Origin: Rebecca billardiae RCC1528
Lineage: Eukaryota > Protista > Haptophyta
Assembly (NCBI GenBank): GCA_965240325.2
Contig: OZ251255.1
Span: 310,001-374,000, forward strand
DNA: 64,000 nucleotides
Direction of reading: 5' to 3'
Made by a program: the position numbers and the translations under genes. The first letter of the stretch is position 1. Each line of letters opens with the position of its first letter. Below are positions 21,296 to 34,500 of this stretch, piece after piece. The notes under the pieces were generated by a model. It had not been told where the DNA came from. It was given only the letters and a program-made list of their open reading frames with translations, and did not search any database.

Positions 21296-22220
21296 TCAGC
21301 GGCGGAGGGCGCTGAGGCCGCGCACGGCGTGAGGCGCGGCGTCGGCCGAGTCGGTCCGCGGAGGATGCGCGGCGCTGGGCCCGCTGCGCAGCGGTAGTGC
21401 GCCTCACTTTGCCCCGAGCGCCGTCCTCCGCGTCGCCTCCTTCCCGCCTTGGAGCAGCACGCATGTGCGCGCCGCCACCTTGAAGGCGGCACGGGCTTGC
21501 TCAGACGACCGCGCGCGCGTGGCGCGCGACTTGGTCGGCTGCGCGCGCGCGCCGCCGCGGTGCAAGGTAGCGCCGCCGCATGCGCGCGCCGTGCCAGCGC
21601 GAGAGCGTGTGCGCGGACCTGAGTGCGACCTCACACACATGTCGAATGCTGCTTGGCATCCGACTTGCGGACTGACGGGAAGCTGGAAAAGACAGCGGCG
21701 TGAGTGTTGGTCCCATCGATGCGGAGCCTTAGCGTCCACTTGCATTCGTGCTGAGAAGGAATAGACAAGACCAGGCCTTCGTCCTGGGTATCCAATGTCA
21801 CTCAACACCTCGCTGATCGACCCGACGAGTGCCAGCGTGAGGCACAGCAAATCATTCGTGAGAGCAAGCAGACAAGCGAGCACTACGCTCATGAGATGGC
21901 CGTGAGCAAAGGCTCGCGCGGGCACGGCGCGCGCATGCGGCGGCGCTACCTTGCACCGCGGCGGCGCGCGCGCGCAGCCGACCAAGTCGCGCGCCACGCG
22001 CGCGCGGTCGTCTGAGCAAGCCCGTGCCGCCTTCAAGGTGGCGGCGCGCACATGCGTGCTGCTCCAAGGCGGGAAGGAGGCGACGCGGAGGACGGCGCTC
22101 GGGGCAAAGTGAGGCGCACTGCCGCTGCGCAGCGGGCCGAGCGCCGCGCATCCTCCGCGGACCGACTCGGCCGACGCCGCGCCTCACGCCGTGCGCGGCC
22201 TCAGCGCCCTCCGCCGCTGA
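21296..22220. mobile_element. Foldback element 3: 308-bp arms, ~310-bp spacer, inserted in host repeat H
   Basis: Arms are 21296-21603 and 21913-22220. Arm sequence is related to foldback 2 (CGCCTCC..CGCCTTG.AGCAGCACGCA). The flanks rejoin to match 16241-16272 inverted. No clear TSD. Confidence 0.82.
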
Positions 22221-22348
22221 AGTAGCACTCGCTCCGCTCCGCTCGCGGCAACCGAGAGGGCTGCCGACCTTCGCGGCTGTCGCCAGCGGAGTTGCTCACC
22301 CTTACTAAAACAAAACCCCTCGCGCGGCGAAGGCACCGTACAGGTCGC

Positions 22349-23020
22349 TGCTTCAACTTTCGGACCCGATTGCTGTTCACTTTTTGTGCACGATGGCGGC
22401 GGCGCCCCCGGGGGTCTGCGGCGCTCGAGATCGCGTCTGGCGGCACCCCCAGGGTGTGCCTGAGGTACAACCCAGCGGCTATGTACCATTTAGACGACTT
22501 TGTTCCACTACCATGTGCCCCACGGACGCCACGAGGTCCACGACGGGGCCGCCGACGGCATGCTTCAACTTTCGGACCCGCGGGCTCTCAGCGCGCGCGC
22601 CGAGTCAGAGCCGCTGCCTGGTGAGCCGTGTGAGTCGGGCTAACGGCATCATGCATTCTAGACATAACATACATGCAGTAGACCACCTCAGGAACGGACG
22701 AACATGCTCACTCAGCTTCCGCGCTAGCCGCCCAGACGGCAGCTGCGGCTGCGCCGCCGCGGGCACCGTCGACCACTTTGACTTTCGGACCGCATGCTCT
22801 CAGCATGCACGCGGAGTCTGCTAGCAGCTGCGGCCTGGTAGGCCATTTGAGTCGGGCTGACGGCATCATACATTCCAGACATCACGTGCGTGTAGCAGCC
22901 AAACCCAGGGGCAGGTAAGCATGCTCACCAGGCGACTGTCGATGTCAGCTCCAGACCCTGCGCCGCGGGCACCGTCCGGCGTTCGCCGTCGACGTCGACC
23001 TGGTGAACTTTCGGACCGCC
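22349..23020. repeat. Degenerate ~215-bp tandem repeat
   Basis: ACTTTCGGACC recurs four times at ~212-225-bp spacing. GAGTCGGGCT.ACGGCATCAT.CATTC.AGACAT occurs twice. Confidence 0.7.
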
Positions 23021-23799
23021 GGCCAGCACGCGCACGCGCCGCCTCCGCCTCCTTCTGCGCAGTTCGCGCGGCCTTCTTCTGGTTGAATTCCCGCAACGAC
23101 CACGAGTCATTCTGGCCATCATTGAGCCGCATGTTGTCCGGCTTCGGCGCGGCGACCTCTACGGCGTGTACAGGAAGGATACCGAGCTGGTCGGCGAGCT
23201 CAGCCGCGTCGAACCTCACCGCCTCAGCCTAGCGCACGTCATCAAGTTCGGCCTCGTGCTGCTCACGAAGGCGCGCGAGCTTGGCGGCCTGGCGTGCCGA
23301 CTACTGCTTGGCAAGCTCAACGTTGGCGCGGAAGGCTGGAGCAGTCTTCCAGCGCATCCCCGCCGGCGTGGCTGTGAACACACTCAACTTCGATGATGAG
23401 AGCGTGCCAGAGGGCTCGTTGTCGTCGGCCGAGCACGCAGCCGCGCGCCCCAACACCACCGCATGACAGCCGCCTTCTGGGCAACTACCGCGCGCTATAT
23501 CTTGTAGGTCTCCGCTTTCGCGCCTCAACCGAGTACGGCTTGACGCCCTTAGCCGCCTTCATCGAGGCGCTTGCGCTGGGCCCGGCCGGCGCGCACAGCG
23601 TTAGCGCGGGCGTACCGATCAGCGCAGCGCCTGAGCTGCGAGCGGCCGAGGACGATGCCAGCAGGCACCGCGACCCGACTGGTAACGTATAGTGACGGGC
23701 ACGTCACCCCACGCGCCGACAGGCTGCTCAGCCCTGCCGCGGCGCGCCCGCCACGCACCCGCCGATGAGCGAGCCACTGTCGCCATCGCGGCATCGCCC

Positions 23800-23941
23800 G
23801 GGTCCGAAAAACGAAGCAGTCCGAAAAACGAAGCAGCGACCTGTAGTCCCTGTAGCGACCTGTAGTCCCTTTACAAATTGACAAATTGTCCAATACCCTT
23901 TTCCTCACAAATTGTCCAATACCCTTTTCCTCTAAAAGGGC
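23800..23941. repeat. Chain of adjacent micro-duplications
   Basis: GTCCGAAAAACGAAGCA x2, AGCGACCTGTAGTCCCT x2, ACAAATTG x2, ACAAATTGTCCAATACCCTTTTCCTC x2. Confidence 0.85.
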
Positions 23942-25395
23942 CAAAACGCGCCATTCTGCTTTACTCACGCCTTGGCGACGTCGCGATGGTGCCCGCCGAC
24001 GCGGCCCCCGCCCCGCTCGCTGGCCCCGGGTGCGAAGCACACGGGGCTGGTGGGGCGGGGGCCGCATGCCTGTGGTGCTCCCCCATGCTCATCTTCGGCA
24101 ATCTCCTGCGCGCTCGTCGGCCTCGCGGCACTCCTGCTTGGCTGCGACATGACTACGACTAGTTCTACGACCTCTACGACCACTTCTTCCTCCCTTCGTG
24201 CGCACGCGCTGGCCCTCGCAGAGCCAGTCGGACGCGGCGTGGGTGGCGGCACGAGCGCGGCCAGCGCGCTCGGCCTGCCTGCCTGCGAGCCTCCATGGAT
24301 GCGTGCGCGTGGGGCCGGGTTCTGCCACCGTTCATTGCCAACAGCAACTGGGCACGGACCTGCGACGAGGCATGCCGCCTTTCCCCACGCGCCCTTCAGG
24401 TTGTCCCGGCTCAGCCGGTCGCTTCGGCGGCCGACGGGCCCTCGGCCGGCTCCCCCTTCCCGGGGACTCGGTGGGGCACCGCCAGGAGTGTCTCGCGGCG
24501 GGCGGGCCGAGCGCGCGGGTCGCCAGCTGACCCCGCGACGTTCGATTCGACTGCTCTGCGCTGGCACGTGCACGCGGAGATCAACCACACGCAGCGGGTC
24601 CGGGATAGGCACTGGCACCCTCTTTCTCCAGCCGGCCGCCGGCTGCATCGCCTCGGGGGGCGATGCAGCAGGTGGACGCCGCTGCACCCATCTGGCCCTT
24701 GGCGCTGGCCTCCTCCGTGCCCTTCGCTCCACCCTAGGTGGAGCAGGGGGTGCGGGGTGTGACGCGCCCAGGGGCCAGGTTCCCCAGCATCAAGCACTGC
24801 ATCTGCAGCAGCCCGCCGGCGGGCTGGGCTGCGACATCGACTACCACCTCATCTGCTTCATCGCCCAGAGCGCGCTAGGCGGCGCGCTCACTCTCCAAGC
24901 CCCTCTTCTGCAGCTGCGCGCCGCTTGGCCGGCGCGCGGCGACGCGTACTACGACCTCATCCTCATCCAGGCGCCCACGCGGGCGCACGGGGGCGACAGC
25001 CGCGGCTGCCGCTTGCCGGAGCTGCTCGCCGCTAGGTCGGCGGGCGGCGACATCGACTACGACCTCACCCTCATCCAAGTGCTCCGGAAGGCGCTCGGCC
25101 GCGGCGGCATCTGCCGTCGCCGCCGCGTGCCCCAGGCCGAGGCGGTGCTCCATCCCGGCCCCGCTCCCGTAGGGGGGCAGGGCTGCGGGTGGCGCACTGT
25201 CTGACCTGGACGGAAGGCGCGGACGCATTCTATGTGTCTGTTGCACTCTGAGCCTGACGCTTGTCCGATGCTGCCACGTCGTTAAAACGAGCAGACTGCA
25301 CACGATAAATCGAATAACACGATAAATCGAATAAACGAATAACAAATTCCGCACCATCGCCGCGCGATGTGCCCTTGCGATCGAGTTGCGCCAAA

Positions 25396-28300
25396 TTCAG
25401 GCGAGTGAGGTGCCCCGGGCACCTCAAGCGCGCGTTCGCGCAAAAGTCCGCACCGCCGATTTTTCACAGTGGGCGGCAATTTCTGGCGCGCTATTTTCTG
25501 ATTTTCCGCCGTGCGTGGCGCCGCCGCGTCGCGCGCGCTCTCGACGCGCGCGAGCTGCGCGCGCGTGGCGGCGGGTTTGGCCGCGCGGCACTGGGACGGC
25601 TGGGTCCGCACGGCCGAGGAGGCCACTCTTGCCGCGGTGGTCGTGGCGCGGGGACGTCTCCGCCGCTCGCAAACCTCCCGCGAGCGCCTCGCGCCGCCTC
25701 GCGCCGCCTTCACGCCGTCTCCGCGCGCCAACTGCACGCTCTGGACGCCTCGGCGGCAGAGACGCGCGCGGCGCGGTTGTGTGCCGCGTAGACTGGGCCC
25801 ATGCGCGTCCGCTGCCGGTGCGCCCCGACCACGCGCGCGCGCATCCCAGACCTCTCGCCTCACGCGTCGCCGCCGAGCACGGCCGTGCACCGCAGTCCGC
25901 CGTGGTGCCGCCCGCGCGGCCGAGCGAGCAGGCGGCGCGTTGTGGAGCGTGTGACGCGCGAGGCGGGAAGGCTTCAGAGCGCCCGAGCCACCGCCGACCG
26001 GCGGCGCGCACGCGATTGGCTCGAGCCATGGGCGCCGACGGCGCGCGCGCGCGCTGAGCCAGCTGAAGACTTGTGCGCCATGGCACGGCAGCCGCCAATC
26101 GCGGCGCGCGGGCGTGCTGTGCGGCAGGCGCGCTCGGTGCGGGCGCTTCGGGGCGTGGCCTCACGAGAACGGAGCCCCTGGAAGCGCGACGCCTGTGAGC
26201 TCGCCCCGGCCCGTGTGAGTGTGCGCGCATCTGTCAGCAGCACGGGGTGGCCGTCATCATGAGCCATGGCCTGGTCACTGCCGCGCTGGGTGTCGAGTGT
26301 CGACCAGGCACAAAGAACAAGCGAGCATGCGCACTTTTGAAGTTCTCGCATGCGTGGTGCGGCGCTGTGCGTGCACGATCATGCTGGTGCATGCGAGACC
26401 ATTCAGCAGGGCTGTGCGCGTTATTGATCTCCGTACCGGCAGAAGGCTGCCGGCATCCCGGTGTCCAACGCTGCACCTACGCTGACACCTTGAGACGCTC
26501 TTGTCAGCCAGAAACGCGCGCTTCGAGCGCCGCGTGCCCAGGTAGCACGACCCACTACTTCCTGGCTTACGTCAGACCATGTCGGATGACCTGAGCAGCA
26601 GTTGGCGTCATCGTGCGCGGGGGCGCGCGCAAGCCGGCTCTCACTCTGCCCAACGTGCGAGGGCGTAAGGCGGGGGCGTGTGCGCACGAATCGAGTGTCA
26701 GCAGCAGCGCTCGCTCGCGCTCACCGGCGAGAGACGTCTGCTCGCAAGTCGTCTGGGTCAGCAGGCTACCAGCCGTGATAGACGTTGCAGCAGATGGGTT
26801 GGAAGGCTCCACCGCACGCCGGGCACCAGGAGGGCGTGAGCGACCGCAACCGCAGCCGCGCCTGCGTCCGCGAGAGGGCTGAGCACCTGGACCTTGCGCG
26901 TCGCCCTGTCTGGGCGTTGGACCAGATGTCTGTACCCCGCCCTCAGCGTCGCGCGCGGGCTCTGAGCCTGCTGGCGTCTCAACGGCCTACTCATCCGCGC
27001 TGTTGTCGCCATCATCGAGGGAATCACGACCGTCGGCCAGATCGTCGAGCTCGAGCGTGGCAGCCCATCGGGCCACCGTCTTCCTCGTCACCCATACCGA
27101 CCATACCGGCCTCCCGCTCGCCACCCTGAGCTATGCGCCTTCGACAGAGCTCTCGCGCGCGCACGCCATCACAAAGGCTGGCACCCCACCACCCTTCAGG
27201 CCTGCCGGGAACTTGCTGGTGAGCAGTGGGTCTGCGCAGACGCGGCTGCTCCCCGACCGTGCGCCGTGAGTGAGAGAGCTGCCGTGGCGCGCCCGCCTCG
27301 GAGTGAGCAGGCCAGCAACACTGCAGCCATAGCTCTGTGCGCTTCTGACACTGGAGGGCTACGACTTCTGACCAGTAGAGTCGCTCTCTCTCTCTACGGA
27401 AGCACGTGGCTGGCATCGGACAGACGCTCAGATGAAACGCGTCAGGCAGCATGCAAGTGCTCGCATGCGTGCGCGCAAGCGCACGCGGGCCCAGGTAGCC
27501 CCAGAAGCCATACAACTACGCTTCATGCGGCGCTGTTGCCGTGTGTCGTGGCGCGCTCAGCGCGGCAGTGACCAGGCCATGGCTCATGATGACGGCCACC
27601 CCGTGCTGCTGACAGATGCGCGCACACTCACACGGGCCGGGGCGAGCTCACAGGCGTCGCGCTTCCAGGGGCTCCGTTCTCGTGAGGCCACGCCCCGAAG
27701 CGCCCGCACCGAGCGCGCCTGCCGCACAGCACGCCCGCGCGCCGCGATTGGCGGCTGCCGTGCCATGGCGCACAAGTCTTCAGCTGGCTCAGCGCGCGCG
27801 CGCGCCGTCGGCGCCCATGGCTCGAGCCAATCGCGTGCGCGCCGCCGGTCGGCGGTGGCTCGGGCGCTCTGAAGCCTTCCCGCCTCGCGCGTCACACGCT
27901 CCACAACGCGCCGCCTGCTCGCTCGGCCGCGCGGGCGGCACCACGGCGGACTGCGGTGCACGGCCGTGCTCGGCGGCGACGCGTGAGGCGAGAGGTCTGG
28001 GATGCGCGCGCGCGTGGTCGGGGCGCACCGGCAGCGGACGCGCATGGGCCCAGTCTACGCGGCACACAACCGCGCCGCGCGCGTCTCTGCCGCCGAGGCG
28101 TCCAGAGCGTGCAGTTGGCGCGCGGAGACGGCGTGAAGGCGGCGCGAGGCGGCGCGAGGCGCTCGCGGGAGGTTTGCGAGCGGCGGAGACGTCCCCGCGC
28201 CACGACCACCGCGGCAAGAGTGGCCTCCTCGGCCGTGCGGACCCAGCCGTCCCAGTGCCGCGCGGCCAAACCCGCCGCCACGCGCGCGCAGCTCGCGCGC

Positions 28301-28450
28301 GTCGAGAGCGCGCGCGACGCGGCGGCGCCACGCACGGCGGAAAATCAGAAAATAGCGCGCCAGAAATTGCCGCCCACTGTGAAAAATCGGCGGTGCGGAC
28401 TTTTGCGCGAACGCGCGCTTGAGGTGCCCGGGGCACCTCACTCGCCTGAA
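25396..28450. mobile_element. Foldback element 4: 893-bp essentially identical inverted arms, ~1.27-kb spacer, terminal hairpins
   Basis: Arms are 25396-26288 and 27558-28450, with mirror-identical ORF translations. Each outer end carries the palindrome TGAGGTGCCC-C-GGGCACCTCA. No TSD seen. Confidence 0.85.
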
Positions 28451-28579
28451 AATGGGTCGGGAACAACGGACCGCGTGCGAGCCCCGGCCCGGACCGCCGT
28501 CCGCGCGCAAAAGCAATCCAAAGCGATCCACTGACCGAGCACCGGCAAACGGCCCACACCCCTCGCCCATCCTCTGCCC

Positions 28580-31500
28580 ATGGCGTCGCACCTGCTGCTC
28601 GCGACGGTCGCCGCCGTGCCGGCGCACGCGCCCATGACTCCGGAGCTCGCTCCGCGCCGCGTGCGCACCGATGGCCACGATGGCGACTCAGCTCGCGCCA
28701 TGCATCACGTCGGAGCGCTCGTGGACGCCGAGGCGGACTCAGATCGTGAGTGCATCGAGAACCTCCTGGTGCGCAGCGCCTTCACGCAGCACCTCCAACG
28801 CGACGGCATGTGCTGGGGCGTGGTGCCGGGAGCGGTGAGTGGCGCGCAGATCGTCATGCGCGACAAAACGCGCCGCTCGAGCCTCGCGCCATGCACCGTG
28901 CTGCGAGCAGTGGACAGCAACCGACAGCAGTCTCCCTCCGTTGCGTATGAGGTGCTCAACCCCGACGGCAGCACCGTCCTCGCCGAGTGCGGGCAGATCA
29001 CGCTGGCGAGCTCGCCGCTGCAGCTCTCTCGGCAGGGCCTCGTGCTGCCTGGGTGCACGGTGCGAATCCACGCCGGCGACGCCGATCACGAGATGCGCGG
29101 GGTGGTGACAGGAGCACATCCGGCGGCGGTGGTCGGAGCACAGCAGCGCTCCCTCCCGTGGTACGAGGTGCGCGCGGACGACGGCACTGTGCACGAGTTG
29201 CGCGCCGCGCAATTCGAGCTGGCGACCACGGGGGAGCGCGAGCTCACGCCAGAGGAGCACCTTCGGTACCTGCACGCGCAGCCGGGCGCGCAGCAGCATG
29301 AGGCTGGCTCCTGCCGCGCGCACGCCAATGGCAGAGATGACACCCCAACTCACACGCACACTGAGGCCCAGGCGAGCACGGGTGGCGAGGCGCTCCCCGA
29401 CGCTGGCGAGCACGCGGCGCACGACGCGAAGCGTCGGAAGGCTGCAGCGACCGATGACGAGCTTGCCCTTTCGGTGTCGAGCGCCGCGTGCGCGGTGGTG
29501 AGCGCCACGTGCGCCGCCTTCGTGAGCAAGGAGCAGCACAACACGACGGCAGCCTCAAATGACAACCCGGTGCCCACGCCAGTGACGATCTCTACGGACC
29601 ACCCCGAGATGACAGTGCCGCTGCTCGTGCGGCTGGCGTGCGCACTCGTTCCCCCGGCGGCGTCCGCGCTGCTGAGCCTGCGCTGCCCCACCTCGACCGA
29701 GCTCCCTGGTCTGGACTTCCTGCAGTCGAGTGTGAGCTGGCTGCGTGAGGCTGATCCCACCGTGGCACGGGCAGATGCGAGGGACCAGGATCGTCTGCGC
29801 TGCGTCGCTGCCCTCATCGGTGTGCACTCCGTGGGGGGGAAACGGGGCTGGACGCCTGAGCAGAGCGTGCGGCTTCTCATCGCGCGCAGGCTCGCGGTGG
29901 GCACGCAGCAGCTGTCCAAGCTCACGCTCGACTCCAAGTCGCAGCACGCCTGCAAAAAACAGCTGCAGCGGCTCAAGCGAGCGTTCGCCGATCCGCCCGT
30001 GCCGCTCCTCGTGGTGCAGCTGCGCGGCGTTCTGGACGTGCTCCCCGGTGCGGCGACGTGGGCCACGCACACCTTCTTCAACGACGAGGAGTCCTCCGTG
30101 GCGGCGGTGGCGCGCTCGATGCTGCGCGAGCAGCGTGAGCAGCACAGCCGCGCGCATCGGCCGGGCGCACGGGTCGTGCTGTGCGGGCTGCAGGTGAGCC
30201 GGCAATTCAACGGCTGCGCCGGCATCGTGGACCACTACCAAGCCGGCACGAGCGTGCCGCGCTACGCCGTGCGCATCGCGGACGTGCCCATGCTTCTCTG
30301 CGTGCGCGCCGCGAATCTGAGCGCTGCCGCCACGCGCAACCACGGCTGCGGCGAAGCGCCCCCGCATCACCACCGCCACAGGTCAGTGATGCGAGCGCGC
30401 GCGCAGGACGCCGAGCCGCCCTTCCCTGGGCGGGAGCACGACGCGTCGAGGCCGGCGCTGCCGCTCACGTACGAGTGGCAACGCCTGCCGCTCCCTACTG
30501 AGCTGCTCTCGAGCTGGTCGCTGCCGCCCAGCGCGCAGGTGAGCGGTGGCGCAGCGGGCAGGGCCGGCGGCGCGTGGGCGAGGATCCCGCCGAGTTGGCA
30601 CCTGTGCATCCCGGCTGAGCGCATGGTGCACATGGGCGCGGGTGTGCTCGAGGAGGCCTCGGAGGCGGCTCCGCGCGCGCACGCGTTCAACCTCATGGAC
30701 GTCGCCGCCGCCACAACTGTGGGCGAGATCAGCACGGTCGTGGCTCGCCACCTGCGCGCAAGCTACCACCGCGCGGTGGAGGCGCAGCGGGACGGCTGCC
30801 GCCGTCCCGAGTGCTGCCGGGTGCGCCCCCCCACGGCGGCGCACGGCGCGCCGTGCTGCGCCGAGGCGCGCGAGCCCGCTCAGCCGCACACCCCCGCCAC
30901 CGACGCCGTGCACGAGGTGAGGCTGGCCACGCTCAACAGGTCCGGAGATGGGTCGGTGCTCGGCGCCAGCGTGCTCGACGCGGGCAGCACCGCCGAGGCG
31001 GCGGATCTTTTCAACCGGCAGGCCGATCTCGTCGTCATCAGCCTCCCGCGCGGCGGCGGATCGTCTGGGCTCGAGCGCGCCCTGCAGCGCGCCAGCACGT
31101 CGGCGGCCAACACGCGCCCGCGCGCGCCGGAGCACACGGGCATGCTGAACAACCTCCTTGGGGGCACCACCGAGTACGCTGAGGAGACCAACCTGTCGGG
31201 GATCAACGGCGCGTCGAAGCGGCGGATGCGCGTGCACCTCAAGGAGATCGACGAGGTGCCGAGCCGCGTGTGCTACATGTGCGGCATGGTCGGGTACAAG
31301 GCCGAGCTCCCCGCGCACAACGCCTCGGAAATCAGCAGACTCGAGGACTGCCGTGCGTACACCGTGTTCAGGCACTACCTGCGCAAGAAGGCGCGCGAGC
31401 TGGAGCAGCACGGCATCACCGAGGAGCAGATGATGCTGTGCAAACCGCATTCCGGCGGCGGCTGCACCGTGTACGCGTGCAGCGCGTGCCGCTCCTCGCG

Positions 31501-34500
31501 GCGCGAGCCGCAAAAGTACTTCGACCTGTTCGACGGCGTGGATGCCACCGGGCAGCACGCACCCAACGGCATCGGGCAGGAGCCGGATAAGCGCCTCGAC
31601 GCCCTGACGTGCGACGAGCGCTGCGCGCTGGGCGTGCTCAAGATGTGTGACGCCACCTTCAAGGCGTACTCGGGCGGCGCCGGGTACACGCACTTCACCG
31701 GCGGCGGCACGCTCACGCCGTCGGACTTCTCCGGCCTGGCCGGCCTGATGCACAGGCGCTCGGACGGCATCCAGGTCAACCGACACCGGATGCGCGCCGC
31801 GCTCGCGCTCCTGCGGCGCAGCAACGCGCACGTGCGCCACGCGCTCACGTGCTTCGAGCGCTCGGCGCGGGGCGGCGCAGGCGATCGCTTCCCGCAGGCG
31901 GCCGGCGGCGCGAGCAGCATCCCGTTCACCGTGCTGGAGGAGGGCGCGACGCTCGGCGCGGACGACGGCGACCGCGGCGGAGTGGCGATGGGGCTCGCCG
32001 GCGCGCGCGTGCACTCGCTGCACACCCCGGCGATCGGCGGCATCCTGCAGGCGGTGGACACCATCGACTCGGACGCGCTACTCGCCTCCAACGCGCTCGA
32101 GCACCAGACGGCCGGCACCGTGCGCTCGCGCGCGCGCCCAGGGCCTATCCCGGCCGGGTCTGGCGCGCGCGTCGCCGGAGCCGGCGGTGATCGCCATGCC
32201 CCCGCGCAGGCGATGAGCGCCGAGTCGAGCGCGTACAACCTCGTGCACACGGCGCTCTTCCACACCGGCGAGGGCGGGTACTTCCAGAAGGAGGACAGCA
32301 CCAACTGCTCGCTCAAGCACTGGCACAAGAAGACGCTCGGCAGCGTCAACCCGCGCGCGCGCGGCTGCGAGGAGTTCATGTACCACTGCTACCAGGATCT
32401 GATCAAGCGCCAGTTCCACGCGTGCAACGGGCGCTTCGTCACGGCCGACGTCGCCAACAACACCCACGAGGCCGCGCTCACCGAGCAGGCCAGGAGGGCC
32501 GCTTGGCAGCTCGAGCACCTGCGCTCGCACGCACCTGGAGTAGACAACCTGGTGACGCCGGTGGAGGCGGTGACGGGCTCCGTGCCGCGCACGATGGTGG
32601 GCAGCAAGAAGTACTGGCAGGATTGCTACGCCGGGCTCATGGCGCTCGCGATGCACCGCGGGATCCCGCAGGTGTTCGCCACGTTCACCGCGAACGAGAT
32701 GGGCTGGAACGACCTGCGCAACGCGTGCGACGGCGACCAGTTCCAGCGCCGACCGGTGGAGGCGACGAGGCACTACCACCACCGCTGGGGCGCGTTCCAG
32801 AGGCGGTACCTGAGCAAGGGGCAGCGCAGCCCGCTCGGCGTGATCGACCACGTGTGGGCGAGGCAAGAGGACCAGCACCGCGGCTCGCTGCACGTGCACG
32901 CCGCCATCTGGATCAGGCCGGGCACGGAGACCCCCAGCGCAATCACAAGGTGCGTGCCACGCCCGGGCGTCGGGCAGCGGCTCGCGCCCAAGCTGCAGGA
33001 GTGGCGCGATTTCGTGAGGAACGTGCAGCTGCACGAGTGCGTGAACGTGCGCAAGTGCTTCTACCGCGGGCGCGAGCGGCTGGACAAGTGCAAGTACGGC
33101 GTGCCGCAGGAGCTGCACCCCAACGCGGAGCCGACGCTCGACGAGGCCACACAGCGGTACCTGTACCACTGCGAGCAGGGGGAGGACCAGCGGATCTCGC
33201 CATACGTGCCGGAGTGGCTGCTGGCGTGGGGCGGCAGCATCAACGTGCAGTGGTGCACCGGCGCGGTGTTCCTCTCCTACATCAGCAAGTACGTCGCCAA
33301 GGCGGAGCCCAGCGGCGAGCACCACGGCGGCGAGGCGCAGGGCGAGCGCGACGAGGACGGGCTGTCTGCGCGCGCGCACTTCCTGCACGGCCGCTCGGTG
33401 GGCGCGCCAGAGGTGGTGTACAGGCTGTTCGGCTTCCACATGCACAGCCCGACGCCGGTCACGCGGCTGGTCACCGCGGCGCCCTCCAGGCGCATGCGCG
33501 GCGTCCGACGCGTGGCGCAGCAGGGTTCGGACGCCGGCGTGTCCGACCCGGGCGTGCTGCGCTACGCGGATGGCACGCTCGAGCAGTACATGAACAGGCC
33601 GCTCGGCGTCGTCTCGTACCCCAAGGACCCGCCCAGCCGCGCGCGCGCCCGCGCGGGCGACGACGACGGCGCACTCTCCGACGGCGACGACATGGACACG
33701 GACGCCGACGATCACACGGACACGGACGCCGACGGCGCGGGCTCCGTGTCGAACGCCAGGGGCGGCCGGGCTGAGCAGCTGGACGCCGCCGCCGACGCGT
33801 GGGCGGCGCCGGGCGCAGCCGCCGATGGTAGCGGACCGAGCGCCGCCGCGGACAGCATGGACGTGGATGACGCTCCGGCCGCGGCTGACGACGCCGCGCT
33901 GCCTCCGCCCGTCCCTCAGGTGCACAAGCAGCCGCCTCCGTGCATGCGCACGCTCAACGGCACGGTGCGCCTGGATTTCGATGCGCTCACCTACCCGGAC
34001 TTCCACCGGTACTTCGTCGTGCGCCGTCGCAAGGACATCTCCCCCGCCCTCCTCGTCTCCGGGCGGTGCTGGCCGTGCATCAACCAGGACGCCGACTACA
34101 CCGTCGACAGCGCCCCAGATACCGCGCCCTTCGTGCTCGCGCGCGCCGAGCAGCAGGCCGTCTCCTACGACTTCCTCGTTCCCGACCGGCACGGCGAGCG
34201 GTACTACTACCAGAAGTTGCTCCTGAACGCGCCGTTCCGCGACGCGACGCCGGCGGCCTTCCAGTCCGAGGGTCGCTCGCTGCGCGTGGAGTGCGTCGCG
34301 CGCGGCATCGTGCCGGATGGCGGCGAGGCCGAGCTCGCGCGGCGCGACGCGCACGAGCGCCTCTTCACACCGGAGCAGGTGCGCAACTTCTGCGAGCGCG
34401 CCGAGGAGTGGGAGGGGATCCAGGAGCTGATGGCGGTGGATGGCGACGTCGACGCGCCCAATGATGCCGCGCCGGACGACGCCGCGCGAGCGCCGAGCGG

